Below, piece after piece: positions 10,154 through 18,455 of a stretch of 64,000 nt of DNA; the stretch's first letter is position 1, and each line of letters begins with the position of its first letter. The notes below the pieces were generated by a model. The model searched no databases. It had not been told where the DNA came from and saw only the letters and a program-made list of their open reading frames with translations. Position numbers and translations under genes: made by a program. Source of the DNA: an uncultured Bdellovibrio sp. GTDB taxonomy: Bacteria; Bdellovibrionota; Bdellovibrionia; Bdellovibrionales; Bdellovibrionaceae. The stretch covers positions 32,001 to 96,000 of the forward strand of contig CAWVRN010000009.1 of the NCBI GenBank assembly GCA_963932905.1, read 5' to 3'.

Positions 10154-10698
10154 AAAGCACCTCGTTTACGAAGAGCTTGCACGGACCATTGATTGTCTAT
10201 CTTGCGTGTTTTTAATTGCAAATGGGGAACCCAGCTGGGGGTTGGATTCGCAGACAATAGAAAAAAATGATTTTGCGCTTTTTCAGATAATAATTGAAAA
10301 CGACGCAAATCTTTTTCCTGAAAACGACTATTTTCAGTGACGACGATTTGAAAACAACCAGAGCCTAAAACTTGATTCAAACACCAGGCTAAATCTTTTT
10401 TGCCTTCGATAAATAAAATATGATCCAGGCAAACGCCTTTTTGTTTCAAAGCATAGGGATTGATAGTGATAGATTCTTCGACCCAAGCCACTTTCAATTC
10501 TGGATTTTCACTTAGAAACTGAGCCGTGAATTCCGTGCGCTGAGATCCCGTAAGCTCAACAAAAGAACCGACGGCAAATCCATCGGGATACAAAGAACAC
10601 GCATGACGAGGGCGATCGTCAGGCTTGGTGGCGCCAATCAGTTCTCGAAGTTCCGCAATAGTAGGTTTGACAATCTGTAGCCCCATAAACCATCCCAA
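10150..10698 (-). CDS. imuA: ImuA, RecA/SulA-like protein
   Basis: GSFVELTG degenerate P-loop, VAWVE, NPYAL, LRRFQL; lies between lexA and imuB (start may be 10686). Confidence 0.85.
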   Translation of the reverse strand: MGWFMGLQIVKPTIAELRELIGATKPDDRPRHACSLYPDGFAVGSFVELTGSQRTEFTAQFLSENPELKVAWVEESITINPYALKQKGVCLDHILFIEGKKDLAWCLNQVLGSGCFQIVVTENSRFQEKDLRRFQLLSEKAQNHFFLLSANPTPSWVPHLQLKTRKIDNQWSVQALRKRGAL

Positions 10699-10702
10699 GA
10701 CA

Positions 10703-11296
10703 TTATTGAGTTCTCAGTAATCCGCAGAATACGCCCGCAATACGCAGTTGCGCGCTGTCGTTGACGATGATGGGTTTGTATTTCTCATTAGCAGAATGTA
10801 ATTCAATGTGCGTGCGTTTTTTATGAAAGCGCTTAATAGTGGCGCTGTCTTCAATTTCGGCCACAACAATGTCGCCCTGATGGGCGGTCTTTTGTTGACG
10901 AATGATCACGTAATCGCCGTCTTGAATGCACTCGCCGATCATCGAATCACCCGAAACTTGCAAAACAAAATAGGGGCCGGGACCTTTGATCATAAACGAA
11001 GGAACTTCAACATGTTCATCGGCTTTTTTGAAATCGATGGGTTGTCCGGCCGCGACTTTCCCAAGGACGGGCAGTAGGTTGCCATCTTTATGCAAAGTGA
11101 GTCCATGCGAGAGATGGTTTTCTTTCGTCATGTAACCCTTGGCAATCAAAGCCTCAATATAATGATGAACGGTGGACTTGGCTTTATAACCCAGGCTCTT
11201 AGCAATCACTTCGTAGGTGGGCGGAGTGCCATTTTTATCTACGTAGGACTTAATGAAATCTAAAACTTTTTTTTGATTTAAAGTTAAATTTTGCAT
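10703..11296 (-). CDS. lexA: LexA transcriptional repressor
   Basis: Winged HTH (PPTYEVIA), Ala-Gly cleavage site VAAGQP, catalytic Ser (GDSM) and Lys (ATIKR). Confidence 0.96.
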   Translation of the reverse strand: MQNLTLNQKKVLDFIKSYVDKNGTPPTYEVIAKSLGYKAKSTVHHYIEALIAKGYMTKENHLSHGLTLHKDGNLLPVLGKVAAGQPIDFKKADEHVEVPSFMIKGPGPYFVLQVSGDSMIGECIQDGDYVIIRQQKTAHQGDIVVAEIEDSATIKRFHKKRTHIELHSANEKYKPIIVNDSAQLRIAGVFCGLLRTQ

Positions 11297-11424
11297 CTGT
11301 AGCTCCTGTTCTTGGGCTTATTATTTAGTTTAGAGGCGTTCTCGTAGAGTAAACCTTATGCTCTTTTCTTTGTTCTTTGCTTTGCTCTTTACCTTGCCCT
11401 TTGAACAGGGCGCTCCCACTTGAT

Positions 11425-11473
11425 TCGAACAAAACTCGAACTTTCAATATATCGAACAAAACTCGAACTTCAA
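11425..11473 (-). promoter_or_regulatory. lexA promoter with two GTTC-N7-GTTC direct-repeat operators (putative SOS boxes)
   Basis: TCGAACAAAACTCGAACTT at 11425-11443 and 11452-11470; overlaps minus-strand TTGAAG-N16-TATATT. Confidence 0.75.
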
Positions 11474-11536
11474 GAAAAATGTAAAAGGGCCCGGATATTT
11501 ATCCAGACGCGGGACCGCAAAATATGTCAGAATGAA

Positions 11537-12196
11537 TTAAATTAGCTCTTGGCCTAAATCTTTAAGATAAGCCCGCATGACCTGAGCGCGGCGTTGGCCT
11601 TCTGCCAGGGCCGATTTTGTTTTCAGAGTGTCAGCGACTTTAAAAAGTTTAATATAAAAATGATCGATCGAATACTGACCATCATCAGCCGGGCGGCCGT
11701 GTTCGCACAAAGGATCGACTTCGCTGTAGAGGGGACGTTTCATACGTCCGGCCGTAATCATCATACGCGCAATTCCAATAGCACCCAGGGCATCTAACCG
11801 ATCCGCATCTTGAACGATTTTGGCTTCCAGCGTTTCTGTCGGAATGTTGGCGCTAAAACTGTGCGCTTCAATACAATGAGCAATTGCGGAATGAAATTCT
11901 TTGGGATAACCAACACGTTCTAAAAACTCAACTGCACGAGTCGCTGAAATACGCGACGCTTGTTTGCGCAGCGGACTGTCTTTAGGAATCACGACGAAAT
12001 CATGCAGCCAAGCGCCGGGAATCACGACGCAAGGATTTGCATTTTCTTTTTCGCATAAATGCTTGGCCATAGTGACAACACGCTTTAAGTGAAGCGAATC
12101 GTGTGACGGGTCAAAATCGACAGCCAGGCTTTCGATTTCAGTTTGAAATATTTTTTCCCACTCAGCGAGTGTTTTATTGGCCACTAGCATCTTCAC
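11537..12196 (-). CDS. HD-domain phosphohydrolase (YedJ-like)
   Basis: SHDSLH, WLHD, IEAHSFS, QDADRLDALGAIG. Confidence 0.92.
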   Translation of the reverse strand: MKMLVANKTLAEWEKIFQTEIESLAVDFDPSHDSLHLKRVVTMAKHLCEKENANPCVVIPGAWLHDFVVIPKDSPLRKQASRISATRAVEFLERVGYPKEFHSAIAHCIEAHSFSANIPTETLEAKIVQDADRLDALGAIGIARMMITAGRMKRPLYSEVDPLCEHGRPADDGQYSIDHFYIKLFKVADTLKTKSALAEGQRRAQVMRAYLKDLGQELI

Positions 12197-12198
12197 CT

Positions 12199-13464
12199 TT
12201 ATACGCGGACAGAAAGACCATCTTTAAGCGCTAACCGAGTCGCTTGCAGCGCAGGAATTAATCCCACTAGAATGCCAATCAGTAATGTAGCTCCCATATA
12301 GATAAAATCAGTCGACGTTAAAACAGCACCCACCGAATAGAAACCAAATTTTTCTTCCAGCCATGATTCTAAAATAAAAAAGCCACTCAATTCTATCGCT
12401 AGCCCTAGCAGTATTCCGAGCAGAGTGATTAAGCCGGATTCAAACACTAAAAGGAAAGTGATTTTAGACGGGGGCGCGCCAACGGCACGTAAGATGGCCA
12501 TTTCACGACGACGTTCATTAAGGCTAGCTAACAGCGAACTCACCATCGACGCTAAACCGACAGCCATCACCATCAAAGAAATTACTTTAAGCACGCGTTC
12601 TATCTGGCTTAATCCTCGCCATAAATCAGATAACGTCGCCCCGGGAATGATCGCCATCAAAGGTTCATCTTTGTAGTTGTTAATATCACGTTGCAGTTGC
12701 AAGGTTTCAATCCGCGTCTTAGTCCGCAAGAAAAATGCGGTGATAGCATGAATAGGCAATTTTTCTTTCGTGATTTGATCTTGAGGAACGGCTTTGTCTT
12801 TGGTCGGCGCAGCGCCCGTTTGCCAGTCGATATGAATCGCTTCCATTCCATACAGAGAAATATAAAGGCTTTGATCAATCGCCGTTCCCGTTGGTTTTAG
12901 AATACCGGAAACGCGAAACGGTTTATCATCATGCATTTGAATACCTTCACCGCGAGTCACGCCATGGGCGACAACTACGGGATCACCCAGCTTGTATTTC
13001 AATTTCGCTTCTACATCAGAGCCAATGACGACATCCCAAATTCCCAGCGCGGGTTGACCTTCACGTAGTTCTACTTTTTTATCACCACGAAAACGGTAAT
13101 GCTCGTAGAAGTTTTCATCCGTAGCTACGACTCGAAATCCACGATGGCCATCGCCCAGTGAGTACGGAATTGTCCAAGCCACCGTTGGGTGTTTTTTTAA
13201 TTCTTGATAGGATTCCCATGAAATATTATTTGAAGCATTGCCCATATTGAAAACGGTATACAAAATTAAATTTAAAGGACCCGTGCGAGCACCCACAAGT
13301 AAATCCACTTGGCTGATCGACTGAGTGAAACCCTCTTGAGCTGATCGTTGTGTACGTTCCACAGATAACAACAAAGCTAAACTCAACGCCACGGAAGCAA
13401 TTGTTAAAAATGCGGTGAGTTTACGATTCCACAGTGATTTTAGAGCGAGTCGGACGAAAATCAT
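12199..13464 (-). CDS. ABC transporter permease, MacB/FtsX type (ZrgC-like)
   Basis: LGDGHRGFRVV, HDDKPF, LNERRREMAILRAVGA; 1+3 TM topology. Confidence 0.9.
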   Translation of the reverse strand: MIFVRLALKSLWNRKLTAFLTIASVALSLALLLSVERTQRSAQEGFTQSISQVDLLVGARTGPLNLILYTVFNMGNASNNISWESYQELKKHPTVAWTIPYSLGDGHRGFRVVATDENFYEHYRFRGDKKVELREGQPALGIWDVVIGSDVEAKLKYKLGDPVVVAHGVTRGEGIQMHDDKPFRVSGILKPTGTAIDQSLYISLYGMEAIHIDWQTGAAPTKDKAVPQDQITKEKLPIHAITAFFLRTKTRIETLQLQRDINNYKDEPLMAIIPGATLSDLWRGLSQIERVLKVISLMVMAVGLASMVSSLLASLNERRREMAILRAVGAPPSKITFLLVFESGLITLLGILLGLAIELSGFFILESWLEEKFGFYSVGAVLTSTDFIYMGATLLIGILVGLIPALQATRLALKDGLSVRV

Positions 13465-14165
13465 GACAGACCTCCGTTATTTTTCACGGCGGCTTTGTTA
13501 ATGTCCGCCAGAGCCACCACGCGATCAAACAAACCTTGCAGTGATCGATCGTGACTTACGAAAATTAAACTGATGGATTGTTCTTTGCAAATTTCAAATA
13601 TTAAACTCAAAAATTTCTCACGATGATCAAAATCTAAAGCGGATGTGGGTTCGTCGGCTAAAATTAATTTAGGATGACCAATCAGAGAACGGGCGGCAGC
13701 GACACGCTGTTGTTGTCCAACGGATAATTCGCCTGTTTTGTGACTTAGAAGTTCTAGTATTCCTAAACGCTTGGCCATTTCTTGAATTTTTTGAAGTTCT
13801 TGATCCTTAGGAACTAATTTTCGTCTTTCGGGGCTTAGATTTAAAGGCAATGCGATGTTTTCGATGACGCTTAAATAGGGAATCAAATTAAAACTTTGAA
13901 AAATATAACCAATATTATCTGCACGAAAGGCATCCCGCTGGGTGCTTGATAATTGCGTGAGTTCCGTGCCGCCCAACTTGATGGAACCCGAGGCAGGAGT
14001 CAGGACTCCAGCTAGAATTTCCAGGAACGTCGTTTTACCACTGCCGCTGGGGCCAAAAAGAAATATTTTTTCACCGACGTTGACTTGAAAGTGTTCGATA
14101 TCAAGTCGACCGCGTTCGGAATTGGGATAGCTAAATTTAAGTTGGTTCAGGCTCAGTAGTTCCAT
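13461..14165 (-). CDS. ABC transporter ATP-binding protein (LolD/ZrgB-like)
   Basis: Walker A GPSGSGKTT, LSVGQQQR signature, ILADEPT, VSHD. Confidence 0.95.
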   Translation of the reverse strand: MELLSLNQLKFSYPNSERGRLDIEHFQVNVGEKIFLFGPSGSGKTTFLEILAGVLTPASGSIKLGGTELTQLSSTQRDAFRADNIGYIFQSFNLIPYLSVIENIALPLNLSPERRKLVPKDQELQKIQEMAKRLGILELLSHKTGELSVGQQQRVAAARSLIGHPKLILADEPTSALDFDHREKFLSLIFEICKEQSISLIFVSHDRSLQGLFDRVVALADINKAAVKNNGGLS

Positions 14166-14195
14166 GGCCCGGTATTCTAATGTAAAAAGATCAAG

Positions 14196-14248
14196 GGTGC
14201 CAGCCTACTTTTCCGGACACGCCGTGTCCGGAAAAGTAGGCTGGCACC
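14196..14248. repeat. Perfect 25-bp-arm palindrome (REP-like, GGTGCCAG type)
   Basis: GGTGCCAGCCTACTTTTCCGGACAC-gcc-GTGTCCGGAAAAGTAGGCTGGCACC. Confidence 0.95.
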
Positions 14249-15084
14249 TAAAGTTCGAGCTCTTCATCGATAGTTAGTTGAGATTCTGCCAATTTGCCCT
14301 TGTTTTTAAGCCCTTGGCAGGCCACGTTCAAGCGCTTGGTAAGTAGGGCCTCTTCTTTTAAACCACGATTCGTTGTGTAGCTAACAAACGGCGAGCTACC
14401 GTAAAAAAAACCGGTCGAACCATTGGTATAATTCCAAGTTTGGGCATCATAGTAGTTGCTATCAACGACCTCAAATTTATATCCATTCGTTGTCGGCTGC
14501 ATACCGATCACGAGCCAGCCATGTGCCGTAATTCCTGGCAGTTGCAGAACTTGATAAATTGGTTTTTGGTATGTTTGTAGACGATTGTACATTTCATCCA
14601 TCAATATTTTTAAATCGTCCGCAGGAATCGAGTTAGAACCCATCAGACCATCTAAAAACCCAAGACCGAAGCCCCCATTAGAGATTTGCCAAGCCTCTAG
14701 ATTTTCCTGAATCACCTCTTGGTGGTCGATCGAAAAATCTTGAAGGTTATGATAGCCATTGATCGTAACTGGGCGTCCCTCACGCAGACGCTGAACTAAT
14801 TTATAGGCCTCATCGGAAGTTACCTTCGGTTCTGATGGATCAAATACGGCCAAATACTGAGCCGCCCGAGTCAGTCGACTATGCCACCAGCAGACCCCCC
14901 CGTTAAACAATCCGCCACGATTTGTGAAACTCAATCGATTCTGCGATAAACTCAAATTCTTAATAAATAGCGAGGGGTCCATAGCCACTTTCGCGCAATG
15001 CTGCTTCCAACGCTCAGTGTCCGCCGCGGGAGCAAAATGAAATGCCAACACCAGAGCACACAATAAAAACAAAAACTTATTCAT
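14248..15084 (-). CDS. Secreted protein with candidate papain-like Cys-His-Asp triad
   Basis: Signal peptide from ATG 15084; GGVCWW...AHGWLVIG...VVDSN. Confidence 0.6.
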   Translation of the reverse strand: MNKFLFLLCALVLAFHFAPAADTERWKQHCAKVAMDPSLFIKNLSLSQNRLSFTNRGGLFNGGVCWWHSRLTRAAQYLAVFDPSEPKVTSDEAYKLVQRLREGRPVTINGYHNLQDFSIDHQEVIQENLEAWQISNGGFGLGFLDGLMGSNSIPADDLKILMDEMYNRLQTYQKPIYQVLQLPGITAHGWLVIGMQPTTNGYKFEVVDSNYYDAQTWNYTNGSTGFFYGSSPFVSYTTNRGLKEEALLTKRLNVACQGLKNKGKLAESQLTIDEELEL

Positions 15085-15151
15085 ACAAAAATTGTATTTC
15101 GAATCCAGATCCAAAAGAACAAAAAACAAGCACCTCCATCTATTCGTCCAG

Positions 15152-15204
15152 GGTGCCAGGTCCTCTTTGCGGAAGCGGTGTGTCCGGAAAAGTAGGCTGG
15201 CACC
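15152..15204. repeat. Second, partly degenerate copy of the GGTGCCAG palindrome
   Basis: 15180-15204 is identical to 14224-14248; the left arm is degenerate (GGTGCCAGGTCCTCTTTGCGGA). Confidence 0.9.
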
Positions 15205-15335
15205 TTTTGAAAAAAGGTTAGGGCACTTTGTCTAATTTGTTTTCATAGTTTTTGCTTAAAGCTTTTGTGGTTATTTTTGGGTTGGTATTGAGTTGGCAAT
15301 ACTGAGTTGGATCTACTATTTCTGGGAGTTTTGGA

Positions 15336-15815
15336 ATGAAGAATTTTTTGATAATGTCGGTCTTTTTTGTAGCAGGTTTAGCGCAGGCAGACGTTGAGTT
15401 TAACAAAGCGGCGTGTTTAAAAGTGATGCCGGCTGCCTACACAGCCTTATGTGGATTGCATGAAGATCAGTTTAAGCAACTTTCGTTTCGTAAAGATGTC
15501 GTTTATGGCTATTCGTACACAAGCTGTGATAGATTCACTGGCCAAGTTTCTGCGCCTACAACACGGACAGTTCCCTGTTTAGTTTACTTTGCGGAAAATG
15601 AATCTAAAAAAGAAATCGCTATTCAGTCTATCTTTGGAAACACGCCACGATACCCACTTAGCTACAAAGGTTTGTTTGTTGGAGTTATCGTTCGCGCGAG
15701 ACAAGTTCAAATGGGGCATAATTCAGGAATTCCTCAGCGTCAGTATGGCGAATCACAAACAGTTCGCCAATATGGTGATAGTCAAAACGGACTAGCCCAG
15801 CAGCAAATGCAGTAG
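15336..15815 (+). CDS. Secreted hypothetical protein
   Basis: Signal peptide (AQA), four Cys, followed by a terminator. Confidence 0.75.
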   Translation: MKNFLIMSVFFVAGLAQADVEFNKAACLKVMPAAYTALCGLHEDQFKQLSFRKDVVYGYSYTSCDRFTGQVSAPTTRTVPCLVYFAENESKKEIAIQSIFGNTPRYPLSYKGLFVGVIVRARQVQMGHNSGIPQRQYGESQTVRQYGDSQNGLAQQQMQ

Positions 15816-15834
15816 TCGCAAATAAAAATAGAAA

Positions 15835-15862
15835 AACCCGAAGCTATTTCTAACTTCGGGTT
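15835..15862. terminator. Bidirectional terminator
   Basis: AACCCGAAG...CTTCGGGTT flanked by A/T runs between convergent genes. Confidence 0.7.
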
Positions 15863-15887
15863 CGATTTTTCTGCGTACTGTGAAAAA

Positions 15888-16772
15888 TTATTTCTGTTTA
15901 ATCGCTTCTAGAAAATTAGATTCCTTGTCTGAACCATTAGAACGAACCTGATTCAAACGTTCGGTGCGCTTGTTCAAGTCAACAATTCCGTATACGTTAG
16001 CTTGAATGCCGCGAGGTAAAAGAGCATCGCTGCTTTCGATTAATATTCTAAGAGGACCCTGGTCAATACGAATTCTATTTTTTTCCGCCACTCCGATTTT
16101 TTTTGCACCTTCAAAGGGCAAATAACTCATGTAGACAGATCCCTGATGAGTAGTGACGCCGTAGTAAACATTGTTTCCCGTCGAATTATCCAAACGTGAG
16201 GCCCAAACATTTCCCTTGTTGTCAAAGATCGTCATGCGATTAGAATTGATACCTAACTTGCCAATATCAACCGTGTTGTCGTCAGTCCAAACTTGAATGT
16301 GAAACTGAGCCACAATCCGACGAGTGTCATCTTGGTATAGAACGATCGATGGGCCCGCCATGTTTTCAACTGTGTAGTCTTTCTCTTGAAGTAACTTTCC
16401 TGTTTTCACACTGCCGTCGCGATTTTTAGCCATAGAATCGTACTGACGAAATTTAACTTGAAGTTCACCTTGAGCATTGAACTGCCATTCATGATACAAA
16501 GCCGTTGTCGGTAAACCCTTAGTCGCTACATTCCAGTAACTAGTGATGGGTTTATCATTACCGAATCTCCACTTGCGTTCTTCGTCGGCTTTAAATAACA
16601 AGCGAGTGCCTGTTTTGTTAAATACTAACAGATTTCCTTGGATTTCAATTTTCCAGCGCAATGATTCCACGTCTAATTCTTTGCGGGGTGTATCGAATTC
16701 CGAAAAATTGATATCTTCGGCGTGAGTAGCGAAAGCCATAACTAAAGTTAAAAACAAAAAACAAAATTTCAT
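15888..16772 (-). CDS. Secreted hypothetical beta-rich protein, last gene of the ECF locus
   Basis: Signal peptide MKFCFLFLTLVMAFATHA from ATG 16772 with an AAGGT RBS. Confidence 0.75.
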   Translation of the reverse strand: MKFCFLFLTLVMAFATHAEDINFSEFDTPRKELDVESLRWKIEIQGNLLVFNKTGTRLLFKADEERKWRFGNDKPITSYWNVATKGLPTTALYHEWQFNAQGELQVKFRQYDSMAKNRDGSVKTGKLLQEKDYTVENMAGPSIVLYQDDTRRIVAQFHIQVWTDDNTVDIGKLGINSNRMTIFDNKGNVWASRLDNSTGNNVYYGVTTHQGSVYMSYLPFEGAKKIGVAEKNRIRIDQGPLRILIESSDALLPRGIQANVYGIVDLNKRTERLNQVRSNGSDKESNFLEAIKQK

Positions 16773-16830
16773 AAATCTACCTTTCAAAAAATATTCAAAC
16801 AAGCACTTGCGAATGGTTATGTTGTCAACA

Positions 16831-17100
16831 CTAGTTATTGGTGTAAACGTACTCGAAAGTTTCATCTTCAACCTGATTTTTTGCGACCATCGAGAAAAAA
16901 TCGGGACTAGATTGTAATAGAAATTTACCAATCAAGATACCTGCAATCAAAGCCGCCGCTAAAGACCACCAATTATTCTTCTTCATTGAAAATGTGGAAA
17001 CCTTAAATGGTGTACGCGCCCATTCCATCATCATTTGCGGAGTCGGAGGCTGATCTAATTTTTTACCTAATTGCTTAAGTGATTTAAAATCATCATTCAT
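16831..17100 (-). CDS. Small single-TM protein, putative anti-sigma factor
   Basis: Overlaps the sigma stop codon (ATGA); one TM helix. Confidence 0.7.
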   Translation of the reverse strand: MNDDFKSLKQLGKKLDQPPTPQMMMEWARTPFKVSTFSMKKNNWWSLAAALIAGILIGKFLLQSSPDFFSMVAKNQVEDETFEYVYTNN

Positions 17101-17609
17101 AAACTGATTCCCTTTGTTTCTAATAAATTTTTCAATTTTTCTTTGGCTCGAAACAGGTGACTCTTCACAGTGCCCACTGGCAATTTCATCAACAGCGCAA
17201 TATCTTCCAGTTTTAATTCGTCATCCATATATAGAGTGAGCACTTCCTGCTGGACCGGATTCAAATTTTTAATTTCTTTTAAAAATAATTCGATAGTTTG
17301 ATGGCGCTGGTAACTGCTTTCAAGATTTGACTCAGGCGAGTCTACAATGTCATCCCAATTAAAATCGTCGTCCATTAAATAGATCTGGCTATTTTGGTGA
17401 TTTTCTAAAGCCACAAATCGAGCAATCCCAAACGCAAAGGCATCGAGAGAACCTTTGGCTTTGTCAAAAGCTCCATCGGTAATTTTTTGATACAAGCGTG
17501 AGAAAACGTCCTGAGTTAGGTCGTCGGTATCTTTTAGGAACCCGCGTCGTATAAAATAATTATAAAGACGAGGCCCTAGGCGCTCGACGATTTCATTCCA
17601 GTCCAACAT
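17097..17609 (-). CDS. ECF RNA polymerase sigma factor
   Basis: DDLTQDVF (region 2) and IALLMKLPVGTVKSHLFRAK (region 4.2); likely start ATG 17609 with GAGGG RBS. Confidence 0.93.
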   Translation of the reverse strand: MLDWNEIVERLGPRLYNYFIRRGFLKDTDDLTQDVFSRLYQKITDGAFDKAKGSLDAFAFGIARFVALENHQNSQIYLMDDDFNWDDIVDSPESNLESSYQRHQTIELFLKEIKNLNPVQQEVLTLYMDDELKLEDIALLMKLPVGTVKSHLFRAKEKLKNLLETKGISL

Positions 17610-17672
17610 GTTCCCTCTGGATATTAATTGTCGCTTTTGCCCTAAAAGTTGCAAGATTTTTTAAAATCCCGG

Positions 17673-17911
17673 TTTTTTGATTTTTGAGGGCTACCTTCTT
17701 TTAAAAACTTAGGTCCTTGTTAGTGCGTGGGGACTTCCTTTTGATGGAATTTTTTTTAAGGTATATGAAAAAGCCTCGGCAGTCCTCGCCGGCGCTGAAC
17801 GCCTGTCTGCGGAACTCATTTTTTCATATACCTTAAAAAAAATTCCATCAAAAGGAAGTCCGAGCTTGAATTGGCGTTTTTAAAAGAAGGTAGCCCTCAA
17901 AAATCAAAAAA
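17673..17911. repeat. Nested double-hairpin element, copy A
   Basis: Outer arms 17673-17708 / 17876-17911 (36/36 complementary); inner arms 17731-17772 / 17820-17861 (42/42); 47-nt core 17773-17819. Confidence 0.95.
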
Positions 17912-18033
17912 AACATCCACACCGGGGGCGCCTAACCGTTGCAATGTGGTTTTCTTTTGAGACTTCGTAAACGGAAAGCAGAACGGTAACGTCGAGCGGA
18001 GGCGATCAGCCTCACAAGTCATCGATTTAGAGC

Positions 18034-18411
18034 TTAAACAGACTCTGTCTGAATCGTGACGTGACTCGTGATTAATTTATGAATAGGACACTTATCCGCA
18101 ATTTCCATCAATCGTGTTTTGTCTTCAGCACTCAAAGTACCGACTAAATGAACTTTGCGAGACAAAATAGAATCCTTACCTTCGGAAACCGTGTGCACTT
18201 CAACTTGCACATCTTCCAATGCCATGTTCTTGCGTTTAGCATACATCTTTAATGTGATCGCTGTGCAGGCAGCCAGTGCTGTTTCTAAAACTTCATGTGG
18301 ATTCATGGCTTCGTCATTGCCTCCGTTGGCAATGCTCGTGTCAGCCAGAATGGAGTGGGTACGAACAGTGGATTTAACGACTAAATTGTGGACGCCTTTA
18401 AGTTGAATCAT
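18034..18411 (-). CDS. OsmC/Ohr family protein (YhfA-like)
   Basis: GGNDEAMNPHE..ALAACTAIT..MYA and ADKCPIHK, with both conserved Cys. Confidence 0.92.
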   Translation of the reverse strand: MIQLKGVHNLVVKSTVRTHSILADTSIANGGNDEAMNPHEVLETALAACTAITLKMYAKRKNMALEDVQVEVHTVSEGKDSILSRKVHLVGTLSAEDKTRLMEIADKCPIHKLITSHVTIQTESV

Positions 18412-18455
18412 TTCTATACCTTGATTTATCTTCTAAAAAAAATCAATATGAATAG

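Noticed and set aside
11330..11419. 29-codon Lys-rich ORF (GTG start) in the lexA leader, minus strand
   Set aside because: No Shine-Dalgarno, low-complexity purine-rich sequence, and short enough to arise by chance.
11425..11470. CRISPR-like reading of the 19-bp direct repeat, and of the 25-bp repeat at 14224/15180
   Set aside because: Only two copies each, spacer lengths of 8 bp and about 930 bp, and no cas genes.
17673..17911. Retron msr-msd interpretation of the nested hairpin
   Set aside because: No reverse transcriptase is adjacent to either copy or anywhere in the window, so it cannot be supported, though an enzyme acting in trans is not excluded.
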